Shown piece by piece: positions 1 through 11,698 of a stretch of DNA of 64,000 nucleotides. Position numbers and translations under genes: made by a program. The DNA lies in contig OZ024763.1 of the NCBI GenBank assembly GCA_964016885.1, positions 4,154,001 through 4,218,000 on the forward strand. Direction: 5' to 3'. Below the pieces are notes generated by a model. The model saw only the letters and a list, made by a program, of their open reading frames with translations, ran no database searches and was not told the DNA's origin. Source of the DNA: Eledone cirrhosa. Taxonomy: Eukaryota. The stretch's first letter is position 1. Each line of letters opens with the position of its first letter.

Positions 1-2697
1 ACCAAAGAGTGCTACACTGAGATAACTCACAGACAGTGTCTCCACACCAAAGAGTGCTACACTGAGATAACTCATAGACAGTGTCTCCACACCAAAGAGA
101 GCTACACTACACTGAGATAACTCATAGACAGTGTCTCCACACCAAAGAGTGCTACACTGAGATAACTCACAGACAGTGTCTCCACACCAAAGAGTGCTAC
201 ACTGAGATAACTCACAGACAGTGTCTCCACACCAAAGAGTGCTACACTACACTGAGATAACTCATAGACAGTGTCTCCACACCAAAGAGTGCTACACTGA
301 GATAACTCATAGACAGTGTCTCCACACCAAAGAGTGCTACACTGAGATAACTCACAGACAGTGTCTCCACACCAAAGAGTGCTACACTGAGATAACTCAT
401 AGACAGTGTCTCCACACCAAAGAGAGCTACACTACACTGAGATAACTCATAGACAGTGTCTCCACACCAAAGAGAGCTACACTACACTGAGATAACTCAT
501 AGACAGTGTCTCCACACCAAAGAGAGCTACACTACACTGAGATAACTCATAGATAGTGTCTCCACACCAAAGAGTGCTACACTGACATAACTCATAGACA
601 GTGTCTCCACACCAAAGAGTGCTACACTGAGATAACTCACAGACAGTGTCTCCACACCAAAGAGTGTTACACTGAGATAACTCATAGACAGTGTCTCCAC
701 ACCAAAGAGTGTTACACTACACTGAGATAACTCATAGACAGTGTCTCCACACCAAAGAGTGCTACACTGAGATAACTCATAGACAGTGTCTCCACACCAA
801 AGAGTGCTACACTGAGATAACTCATAGACAGTGTCTCCACACCAAAGAGTGCTACACTGACATAACTCATAGACAGTGTCTCCACACCAAAGAGTGCTAC
901 CCTGAGATAACTCATAGACAGTGTCTCCACACCAAAGAGTGCTACACTACACTGAGATAACTCATAGACAGTGTCTCCACACCAAAGAGTGTTACACTGA
1001 GATAACTCATAGACAGTGTCTCCACACCAAAGAGTGTTACACTACACTGAGATAACTCATAGACAGTGTCTCCACACCAAAGAGTGCTACACTGAGATAA
1101 CTCATAGACAGTGTCTCCACACCAAAGAGTGCTACACTGAGATAACTCACAGACAGTGTCTCCACACCAAAGAGTGCTACACTGAGATAACTCATAGACA
1201 GTGTCTCCACACCAAAGAGAGCTACACTACACTGAGATAACTCATAGACAGTGTCTCCACACCAAAGAGAGCTACACTACACTGAGATAACTCATAGACA
1301 GTGTCTCCACACCAAAGAGTGCTACACTGTGATAACTCATAGACAGTGTCTCCACACCAAAGAGTGCTACACTGACATAACTCAGACAGTGTCTCCACAC
1401 CAAAGAGTGCTACACTGACATAACTCATAGACAGTGTCTCCACACCAAAGAGAGCTACACTACACTGAGATAACTCATAGACAGTGTCTCCACACCAAAG
1501 AGTGCTACACTGACATAACTCATAGACAGTGTCTCCACACCAAAGAGTGCTACACTGAGATAACTCATAGACAGTGTCTCCACACCAAAGAGTGCTACAC
1601 TGACATAACTCATAGACAGTGTCTCCACACCAAAGAGAGCTACACTACACTGAGATAACTCATAGACAGTGTCTCCACACCAAAGAGAGCTACACTACAC
1701 TGAGATAACTCATAGACAGTGTCTCCACACCAAAGAGAGCTACACTACACTGAGATAACTCATAGACAGTGTCTCCACACCAAAGAGTGCTACACTGACA
1801 TAACTCATAGACAGTGTCTCCACACCAAAGAGAGCTACACTACACTGAGATAACTCATAGACAGTGTCTCCACACCAAAGAGAGCTACACTACACTGAGA
1901 TAACTCATAGACAGTGTCTCCACACCAAAGAGAGCTACACTACACTGAGATAACTCATAGACAGTGTCTCCACACCAAAGAATGCTACACTGAGATAACT
2001 CATAGACAGTGTCTCCACACCAAAGAGTGCTACACTGAGATAACTCACAGACAGTGTCTCCACACCAAAGAGTGCTACACTGACATAACTCATAGACAGT
2101 GTCTCCACACCAAAGAGTGCTACACTGAGATAACTCACAGACAGTGTCTCCACACCAAAGAGTGCTACACTGAGATAACTCATAGACAGTGTCTCCACAC
2201 CAAAGAGAGCTACACTGAGATAACTCATAGACAGTGTCTCCACACCAAAGAGAGCTACACTACACTGAGATAACTCATAGACAGTGTCTCCACACCAAAG
2301 AATGCTATACTGACATAACTCATAGACAGTGTCTCCACACCAAAGAGTGCTACACTGAGATAACTCACAGACAGTGTCTCCACACCAAAGAGTGCTACAC
2401 TGAGATAACTCATAGACAGTGTCTCCACACCAAAGAGAGCTACACTACACTGAGATAACTCATAGACAGTGTCTCCACACCAAAGAGAGCTACACTACAC
2501 TGAGATAACTCATAGACAGTGTCTCCACACCAAAGAGAGCTACACTACACTGAGATAACTCATAGACAGTGTCTCCACACCAAAGAATGCTACACTGAGA
2601 TAACTCATAGACAGTGTCTCCACACCAAAGAGTGCTATACTGAGATAACTCACAGACAGTGTCTCCACACCAAAGAGTGCTACACTGAGATAACTCA
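1..2697. repeat. Minisatellite, 45-bp unit with a 50-bp variant (extra ACTAC); runs off the left edge
   Basis: Unit ACCAAAGAGTGCTACACTGAGATAACTCATAGACAGTGTCTCCAC repeated over 50 times; the (YTEITHRQCLHTKEC)n ORFs are its translation. Confidence 0.97.
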
Positions 2698-2942
2698 ATA
2701 TAACCATACTCGCCACCCTCTCATTAGACAACAATTTATAGAACTAGTCCCCACAACTATCAATACAGATACCACCTTCCTCCAATAGTGACTTACCTAC
2801 CTACATACCAACATACCTCATACATACTTTCATTTATATATATCATATATATACATACATTCATTTTCATATATATATATATATAAATATATACATACAT
2901 ACACATTCATTTATATATACATATATACAGACATTCATTTTC

Positions 2943-2975
<33 letters not shown>

Positions 2976-3022
2976 CATACATACATACATTCATTTATAT
3001 ATACATATATGCAGACATTCAT

Positions 3023-3061
<39 letters not shown>

Positions 3062-3524
3062 TATACATACATACACATTCATTTATATATACATATATAC
3101 AAATACAAACACATATATATACACTTACATACATACATAAAGACGCACACAAACATCCATACATACAAATGTACATCGATATATACCTTTTTATTCAAAG
3201 AAACATATGCACAAAGGATATATTGAAATGTCTTGGTTAAACAAACATTCATAAGGACACACGTATGCATGTGCGTATATATGTGTATATATGTGCATAT
3301 ATGTGTATATATGTGTGTGTGTTCTACATTTCAGCAAACACTGCTCTTTCATAGGACATGGAATCTGATGAATATGTAATCTAATTGTCACACACACACA
3401 CACGCATATATATATATCACCCCCACCCCATCCACACCACCCCGTTCTATGTAAAGTTATGTTGGTGCCGCGCCATCCAGGCCGAAACAAATGAGATCGT
3501 GTAGGTGTCACGACAAAAAAACAC

Positions 3525-3951
3525 ACAGTCCACGCTGTAATGTGGCCGTGTAGGCAACACGGTAAAAACCTCCCAGACCCACACTGTAAATGTGGTTGGT
3601 GTTAGGAAGGGCATCCAACTGTAGAAAACCTGCCAGACAGTCCACGCTGTAATGTGGCCGTGTAGGCAACACGGTAAAAACCTCCCAGACCCACACTGTA
3701 AATGTGGTTGGTGTTAGGAAGGGCATCCAGCCGTAGAAAACCTGCCAGACAGTCCACGCTGTAATGTGGCCGTGTAGGCAACACGGTAAAAACCTCCCAG
3801 ACCCACACTGTAAATGTGGTTGGTGTTAGGAAGGGCATCCAGCTGTAGAAAACCTGCCAGACAGTCCACGCTGTAATGTGGCCGTGTAGGCAACACGGTA
3901 AAAACCTCCCAGACCCACACTGAAAATGTGGTTGGTGTTAGGAAGGGCATC
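3525..3951 (+). repeat. Tandem 112-bp copies of a SINE internal segment
   Basis: About four copies of CAGTCCACGCTGTAATG...GTTAGGAAGGGCATCCAGCCGTAGAAAACC; the same segment occurs singly at 38040-38160, 54490-54600 and 56750-56800. Confidence 0.9.
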
Positions 3952-3963
3952 TTAGGTACTTAC

Positions 3964-4035
3964 GTTTCGTTGGGTTCTGGACCCCAACTTATTCAGTCTG
4001 TCACAAGAATAATAAAGATGGTTGCCGGAAGTTGA
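3964..4035 (-). promoter_or_regulatory. Putative non-coding first exon/TSS of a minus-strand gene extending left
   Basis: Unique sequence between repeats; ETS-type CCGGAAGT next to YY1-like AAGATGG; strong donor AAAC|GTAAGT on the minus strand at 3963. Confidence 0.45.
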
Positions 4036-4046
4036 ATTTGATATAT

Positions 4047-4379
4047 TCATTTTTCATTTTACGACCGCTTTTTCCCTGCTTGCAAGGGTGGGACGGGAAC
4101 TGATTCTGGCTCGATTTCTACAGCTGGATGCCCTTCCTAACACCAACCTCATTTACAGTGAGTGCTGGGTGCTTTTTTTGCCATGGCACCTCCACGACCA
4201 CTTTACAGTGGAATGTTATGGACCCCAGTCCCTATCATCTCATTTCTACAGCTGAGTAAACTGGAGCAATGTGAAATAAAGTGTCTTGCTCAAGGAAACA
4301 ACACATCACCCGGTCTGAGAATTGAACTCACAACCTTTCGATTGCAAGGCCAATGCTCTAACCACTAAGCCATGTGCCT
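4047..4379 (-). mobile_element. tRNA-derived SINE, family A, near full length
   Basis: A box TGGCTTAGTGG, B box GAGTTCAATTC, CCTTGAGCAAGACACTT central block, GGAAGGGCATCCAGCTGTAGAAA block, RTE-like tail; near-identical to 56072-56415. Confidence 0.9.
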
Positions 4380-4394
4380 ATATATATATACTCA

Positions 4395-4985
4395 TGAGTG
4401 CTACTGGTAACATGTAACCCAGTACAACCTGTTGCATGGTCGGGTCGTCGGCGACTAAACTTGCAACTCCGCCAATTTACTTGGTGAGGAGGGTGATTTT
4501 GGACACCCTACAGGACAAAAAACAAAACCCGACGAAGGGCAGAAGAACTCATAAGAGTCAATGGCCATATCCAAAAATGTGTAAATATGTATATACATAT
4601 GTATATATATGTATATACATGTATACATGTGTGTATATATGTGTGGGGACATAGAAATAATCGGGCTGGATACCCGATCGCGCAGTTAAACCATTGGGAG
4701 TGAAGGATCCCTAGCCTTTGTCAGGGCATTCTTCTAGGAGAAGGCAGCTCAGGAAACTGGGATAACTCTGACATAAAACCTGCGGCTCAGTAGTTACTGA
4801 TGATGTCGATCTTTTCTTCTTTTCGGGTTATAGCTACTGTCACTTGGAGAGTGGGATTGGATCAGTGCACAGGCTTTCCTCACTTAAAAAAAATCTTCAG
4901 GCATTGCACGATAGCTTAATTGATAATTATTAATAATGTTATATCATGCAATGGCCAAACTCGATAACGATGAGGCAGCCATCAT
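4395..4985 (+). mobile_element. Non-autonomous RTE-derived element (5' UTR plus short 3' end), interrupted by a microsatellite
   Basis: Homologous to 16690-17283; CTAGGAGAAGG..CTC motif of RTE-type 5' UTRs. Confidence 0.6.
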
Positions 4986-5219
4986 ATATATAAATATATA
5001 TATTTGTTAATATATTGTATATTTACTCCAATAATTTGTTGAGTGCTTTATATCAGTTATAAAAATATTTTGCTTGTTGTATCCCAACAAATTAAATATA
5101 ACCTCTACATATATATATATATATGTGTATATCTTATATGTATCATCATCATTTAACGTCCAGACCCATGCTAGCGTGGAAAATGGACGTTAAACGATGA
5201 TGATGATGATACATATAAG

Positions 5220-5256
<37 letters not shown>

Positions 5257-5376
5257 AAATGTTGGTATAAAGTAAGAATGTTCTTAGCTACCACAACAAT
5301 GTATATTATTAGTACAGTGCCTGTACTATCTGTTAGGATATAATGTTGGGCTGTAATATAAGAAAGTTTTATACAA

Positions 5377-5600
5377 TTTATGCTTACAAGCCAAAATTGC
5401 TTCAGATTTTTAGTTTAAGATTCGTTTATTGGTGTAAAGTATTTCCAGGGCTTCGGTGGCACAAAGATCATATGGTTTTTATTTCCATTATAGGATCTAG
5501 CTTTAACTAAGATCTCCCAGTGTAACCTATAACAAATGTGATTATCTTTTAAACTCTAGATATAGGCAGAAAGTGAAGTTATGTTCCTTCTTAAAGGGTT
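5377..5600 (-). mobile_element. Penelope-like element remnant, C-terminus of the GIY-YIG endonuclease
   Basis: Hand translation across stops and frameshifts: TSLSAYI*SLKDNH..WEILVKARSYNGN..YDLCATEALEILYTNKRILN*KSEAILACKHK, matching the Penelope motif LSxYIWxLK..WxIxxKAxxY..CxLCxxE..LNxRSE..CRH. Confidence 0.75.
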
Positions 5601-5899
5601 ACAAAATGAATGAGAGTACATGTACAGATGCTGCTTAAATCTAATGGCAGTTAACCTTACTAGTAGTATATATAGTTGTCCAGCTGTAAAACATTGTCTC
5701 AAAATGGACCCAGCTCATGTTGACTATGAAGCCTACGGTAGGACCACGTTAACTTTGCCTTTCATCCTAACGAGGTCGATAAATGTAGAAACAATTATAT
5801 ATCTATATACATATGAGTGAGCATGTGGGACACATAAAGGTTGATGGCTTCGTTGAATTCCGTGAAAAGACAGTGGGAGAATGTATTATACTGACTCTC

Positions 5900-5943
<44 letters not shown>

Positions 5944-7458
5944 GAGAGAGAAAGAGAGAGAGAAATAGATAGATTTCTTGAAAAGGGAACAATACAAAGA
6001 CATGCCGGGGATTTTACATAGTCGTGTAAAAAATATAAAAACAAACAATTACAACAATCGAAATCCCCAATAGGAGGGAGGCGCCACAAATGGGTTGTTT
6101 AATACCCGGCGATAGAACAACCCTCAACTCCAGGAGCGTGTTGTGCAAGTGCTCCTTTCTTCCTTTTGCTCTCTTCCTCAACCTACAGGCTTATAAACAG
6201 AGAAGGCCCAATCACTCGGGCCATTTTCGCTTCATTCACCCATCTTTCAGTAAATTTACTGGGGTGCAGCGCCTCTCTTTCCACCCTGATTCTCCTTCTA
6301 AAGTGATACTTATAGATAGACAGATAAAGAGAGCAGAAATGAAATGTAGATAAAAAGAAAATGAGTGTGTGTATGTATGTGAGTGAGTGTATGTGTGCAT
6401 GTGAATGCACGTGTGTATTTTATTCTCAACTTAAAACAATTTGAAAAGGTAAAGACATTGTCTGAACTAATTTCATTAGATAAGGCAGACAGCTGTACAG
6501 CCTGGTTGTTGTACCAGTTAAAAATAACCAGCACTCTACCAATAACTATCACTCTGTGATACCGATTTTACAAGGTTCAAACCTGGTCCCTTAACCCCTC
6601 CCCGATATCAAGATCAGTCCTCTATTGACTGTGATACCAATTGAACAAGATTCAAACCTGGTCCCTTAACCACTCCCTGATCACTACTCTGCTGACACTG
6701 CCACATCCATATGAAAGGAACCAATTTTATAAGGGCTTCAGCTCGCCCCTTAACCGCTCCCAACACTTTTGCCAGTTACAGCCCTTTACGGTCTGAGTTC
6801 AAATACTGCTGAGGTTAACTTTGCCTTTCATCCTTACGGGGGTCGATAAAATAAAGTACCAGTAATACACTGGGATAATTGCTGGCCTTGTGCCAAAAGT
6901 AGAAACAATTATTATAGCAATGGTTTCTGGCTTACGTACAAGTCCAAGAATTTGGCTCATGGTCATAAAGTGATGAGCTCAATTCCCAGGAGAACAAAGT
7001 GTCTCTTTTGAGACACCGTTTCTTCACATGGTTGCAACTGACTGAGCCGGTCAAAAATGAATTGTACCTGTGATTTAAAGTGGCAACCTTTTCACTCACT
7101 GTGTCACAATGAATGTTCCTGAGAACTATGTTAAGAGTTACTATATCTGTAGAATGTTCTGTCAGACTAAATTACTTCCAACACACACATACACTTCCAA
7201 CACACACACATAAACACACCCAACACAATTGCAACACAGACAACACACAAACACATGCAACACACACAAACAAACACACCCAACACAGACAATACACAGA
7301 CAACACACACAAACACACCCAACACACATGCAACACACCCAACACACAAGCAACACACAGACACCCAACACAGACAACACACACAACACAGAGACACCTT
7401 CCCACATTTTTATCTTACACATAAAACACAATTATAGACACATAAGTGAGCAATAAAA

Positions 7459-7504
<46 letters not shown>

Positions 7505-7808
7505 CATACACACACTCATACACACTAATATGAATGGGTTTGGAGTGGAAGTCAACAAAATCAAGAATACTGAAAATAAAAAAAAAATTCACACAACAGC
7601 AACAACAAAAATAATAACAATAATATTGAAATAAATAACAAATAGTAGACAACACAAAAGCCTTGTAATAAATAGGTACAAGTGGAAGAATGAGAGGTAT
7701 TTTATAAATGTAAATTGTATATCAACATCATCACCATCATTTAACCTTTTCCCAACTAACAAGAGCTGAATGAGTTTTCTCAGATCGAGGTAGAGCTACT
7801 GATTTCTC

Positions 7809-9335
7809 ACATGGCTCTGTGGCGCCCTCCATCTTGGTTATATAGACCATCTTGCCGTAGGAAACCTGGGCTTGGACATGGCTCTGTAGCGCCCTCCATC
7901 TTGGTTATATAGACCATCTTGCCGTAGGAAACCTGGGCTTGGACATGGCTCAGTGGCAGCCTCCATCTTGGTTATATAGACCATCTTGCCGTAGGAAACC
8001 TGGGCTTGGACATGGCTCAGTGGCGCCCTCCATCTTGGTTATATAGACCATCTTGCCGTAGGAAACCTGGGCTTGGACATGGCTCAGTGGCGCCCTCCAT
8101 CTTGGTTATATAGACCATCTTGCCGTAGGAAACCTGGGCTTGGACATGGCTCAGTGGCAGCCTCCATCTTGGTTATATAGACCATCTTGCCGTAGGAAAC
8201 CTGGGCTTGGACATGGCTCAGTGGCGCCCTCCATCTTGGTTATATAGACCATCTTGCCGTAGAAAACCTGGGCTTGGACATGGCTCAGTGGCGCCCTCCA
8301 TCTTGGTTATATAGACCATCTTGCCGTAGGAAACCTGGGCTTGGACATGGCTCAGTGGCGCCCTCCATCTTGGTTATATAGACCATCTTGCCGTAGGAAA
8401 CCTGGGCTTGGACATGGCTCAGTGGCGCCCTCCATCTTGGTTATATAGACCATCTTGCCGTAGGAAACCTGGGCTTGGACATGGCTCAGTGGCGCCCTCC
8501 ATCTTGGTTATATAGACATCTTGCCGTAGGAAACCTGGGCTTGGACATGGCTCAGTGGCAGCCTCCATCTTGGTTATATAGACCATCTTGCCGTAGGAAA
8601 CCTGGGCTTGGACATGGCTCAGTGGCAGCCTCCATCTTGGTTATATAGACCATCTTGCCGTAGGAAACCTGGGCTTGGACATGGCTCAGTGGCGCCCTCC
8701 ATCTTGGTTATATAGACCATCTTGCCGTAGGAAACCTGGGCTTGGACATGGCTCAGTGGCGCCCTCCATCTTGGTTATATAGACCATCTTGCCGTAGGAA
8801 ACCTGGGCTTGGACATGGCTCAGTGGCGCCCTCCATCTTGGTTATATAGACCATCTTGCCGTAGGAAACCTGGGCTTGGACATGGCTCAGTGGCAGCCTC
8901 CATCTTGGTTATATAGACCATCTTGCCGTAGGAAACCTGGGCTTGGACATGGCTCAGTGGCAGCCTCCATCTTGGTTATATAGACCATCTTGCCGTAGGA
9001 AACCTGGGCTTGGACATGGCTCAGTGGCGCCCTCCATCTTGGTTATATAGACCATCTTGCCGTAGGAAACCTGGGCTTGGACATGGCTCAGTGGCGCCCT
9101 CCATCTTGGTTATATAGACCAGCTTGCCGTAGGAAACCTGGGCTTGGACATGGCTCTGTGGCGCCCTCCATCTTGGTTATATAGACCATCTTGCCGTAGG
9201 GTACCTGGGCTTGGACATGGCTCAGTGGCGCCCTCCATCTTGGTTATATAGACCATCTTGCCGTAGGAAACCTGGGCTTGGACATGGCTCAGTGGCAGCC
9301 TCCATCTTGCCGTAGAAAACCTAGACTTGGACATG
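7809..9335. repeat. Minisatellite, 67-bp unit, about 23 copies
   Basis: Unit ACATGGCTCAGTGGCGCCCTCCATCTTGGTTATATAGACCATCTTGCCGTAGGAAACCTGGGCTTGG; abuts a family-B SINE at 9335. Confidence 0.97.
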
Positions 9336-9836
9336 GCCAGCAATTACCCCAGTGCATTACTGGTGCTTTATTTCATCAACCCCGTAAGGATAAAAGGCAA
9401 AGTTAACCATGGCAGGAGTTGAATTCAGAACGTAAAGAGCCATAACTCTATGCTGTAAATCATGCTGTCTGACACTCTACCAATACTGCCAATCCAGCAC
9501 CCTTGATAATGATAATGATGATATATGCTATCATAATCATCATCATCATCGTTTTATGTCCATTCTTCCACGCTAGCATGGGTTAGACGGGTTGTCCACC
9601 ATAGATTCAGCTATTAGTGCGAGGTCATCTGCATACAGGAGTTCCCATGGGCATCCAGGCTGAAACTCCTCTGTTGTGAGGTTTGATTGGTCGAATAGGC
9701 TATGGTGATGTGAGGGTGCTGTGAGGGGGGGGGGGAGATAGGTAGCCATCATGTCCTATAGCATCTACCTATATTACTCAAGGCGAAATGTTAGAATTTC
9801 GAAGGGAGTAGATGACTTTGTAGAGACAGTCATACT

Positions 9837-10058
9837 GGCCAGCACGGTAAAGACAAGAGTAAAGAATGTGTTGTGAAGGGGCCAGCACGGTAAAGACAAG
9901 GGTAAAGAATGTGTTGTGAAGGGGCCAGCACGGTAAAGACAAGAGTAAAGAATGTGTTGTGAAGGGGCCAGCACGGTAAAGACAAGGGTAAAGAATGTGT
10001 TGTGAAGGGGCCAGCACGGTAAAGACAAGGGTAAAGAATGTGTTGTGAAGGGGCCAGC
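9837..10058. repeat. Minisatellite, 43-bp unit, 5 copies
   Basis: Unit GGCCAGCACGGTAAAGACAAGRGTAAAGAATGTGTTGTGAAGG. Confidence 0.95.
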
Positions 10059-10817
10059 AAAATGATAAATACAGCAATATATTTAGTAATTCTTTTTATT
10101 TTTATTTTTTTTTTTACATTGCAGAAATATATAATTTTTGTTTGATGTTTTATTATTGTCATTATTATTATTTTTTTAATACAACAAAACAGTTTTAGAA
10201 TCACAGTTTAACTTCCAGCTATTATTTTCTTGACTTTAATCTATTCCCAACTGGTTTGTGACTGGTCCAATCTGGTTCTGGCTGGTTTCTAACTAGCCTT
10301 TAGATTTTCAATGTAATCTGGCTCTCACTACTTTCTGGTTAGGACTTTCCTACTAGACGACCATGATTGAACAGAATAAAATAGCGTATGTTTATGTGTA
10401 CAGGTATATGTGTGTGTGTGTGTATGTGTACATGTAAATGTGAGCGAATGAGTATGAGTATGAGTATGCATGTGACTGTCTGTGCATATGTGTGTGAGAT
10501 ATTCTTGTTGAATGTCAGTATGTTTGTGTGTGCTTGTGTCTGTCTGTCTGTCTGTCTGTCTGTGTCTGTGCGTGTGTGCGTGTGTACGTATGAGTTAGGG
10601 TATGCTAGAGGTGGCCAAGAAGGGGATCCGTTGGTCAGTTTCAAAGTCAGTCAGTTTGTCACTTTAGGGATCAGGTCAGGATGAATTATAATAGACAGGA
10701 GGTTGAGTTAATCAGCCAGCCAGTTTAAGGATGAGGAAGACCTATAATGGATGCAAAGGTCAGTAGGTCAAAGGTCAGTTAAGTGGAATATGTCCCAACA
10801 ATATCACAGGGATGTTT

Positions 10818-10826
10818 TTACAGTAT
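10818..10826 (-). CDS. HIRIP3: HIRIP3-like gene, probable last coding exon (IL*), with 3' UTR to about 10090
   Basis: Strong acceptor TTTTTTTTGTTCATTTCAG|ATA CTG TAA, in phase 0 with the preceding donor; minus-strand AATAAA near 10150 and 10095. Confidence 0.55.
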   Translation of the reverse strand: ML

Positions 10827-11698
10827 CTGAAATGAACAAAAAAAAAAACATTGCTTGAAATAATTTCTACTCTAGGCACAAGGCCAGCAATTTGGGGGGA
10901 GGAGAATGTCCATTAAATCAACCCCTGTGCATTACTGGTACTTTATTTTATCGACCCTGTAAGACAAAGCTAACCTCGGCAGGATCTGAACTCAGAATGT
11001 AAAGGGCCAGGACTACATGCCACAAAGAATGTTGCCCAATGCTCTACTGATTCTGCCAATAGTTTCTGATTTAGGCACAAGGCCAACAATGTTTTGGAGG
11101 AAGAAGGGGAAAGTCGATTAAATTGACCCCAGTGCATTACTGGTACTTTATTTTATTGACCTTAAGAATGAAAGGCAAAGTTAACCTCGGCGGAATTTGA
11201 ACTCAGAACACAAAGAACCAGAACAGATACTGCTGCGTAGCTCACCGCCGCTCTACCGAGTCTGCCAATCTACAGCCTTTTTATTATATAATAACAATGG
11301 TGTCTTTAATAAACCTCAAAAGGTTTACATAAAAATAAATATTAAGAAGAATAGAGGGCAAAATATTGTGTGTGTGCGTATATGTTAGTGTGTGTTGGTG
11401 AGTGAATGTGTTGGCGTGTGTGTGTGTGTGTGTATATTGGTGTGTGACTGTGTGTGTGTGTTTTGCATGTAAACAGATCTAATAGAGGGAGGTAACAATA
11501 GATATTCCTCAACTGGGAGGGGGCATCTGAGGGCAACTTGTGGAATCAGGGTTGCCCTGACTGCTAGGGTAATGCCCTCTCTCAAGTCCTCAGTTCTAAA
11601 TTACAAGTGCTATTCTAATTACCATTTTCAGGGTGAACCAATATTTGTTGTTGGCAATTGCCCCCATCAATTCACTAATCTCTGTAAGCTTTGTGTGC

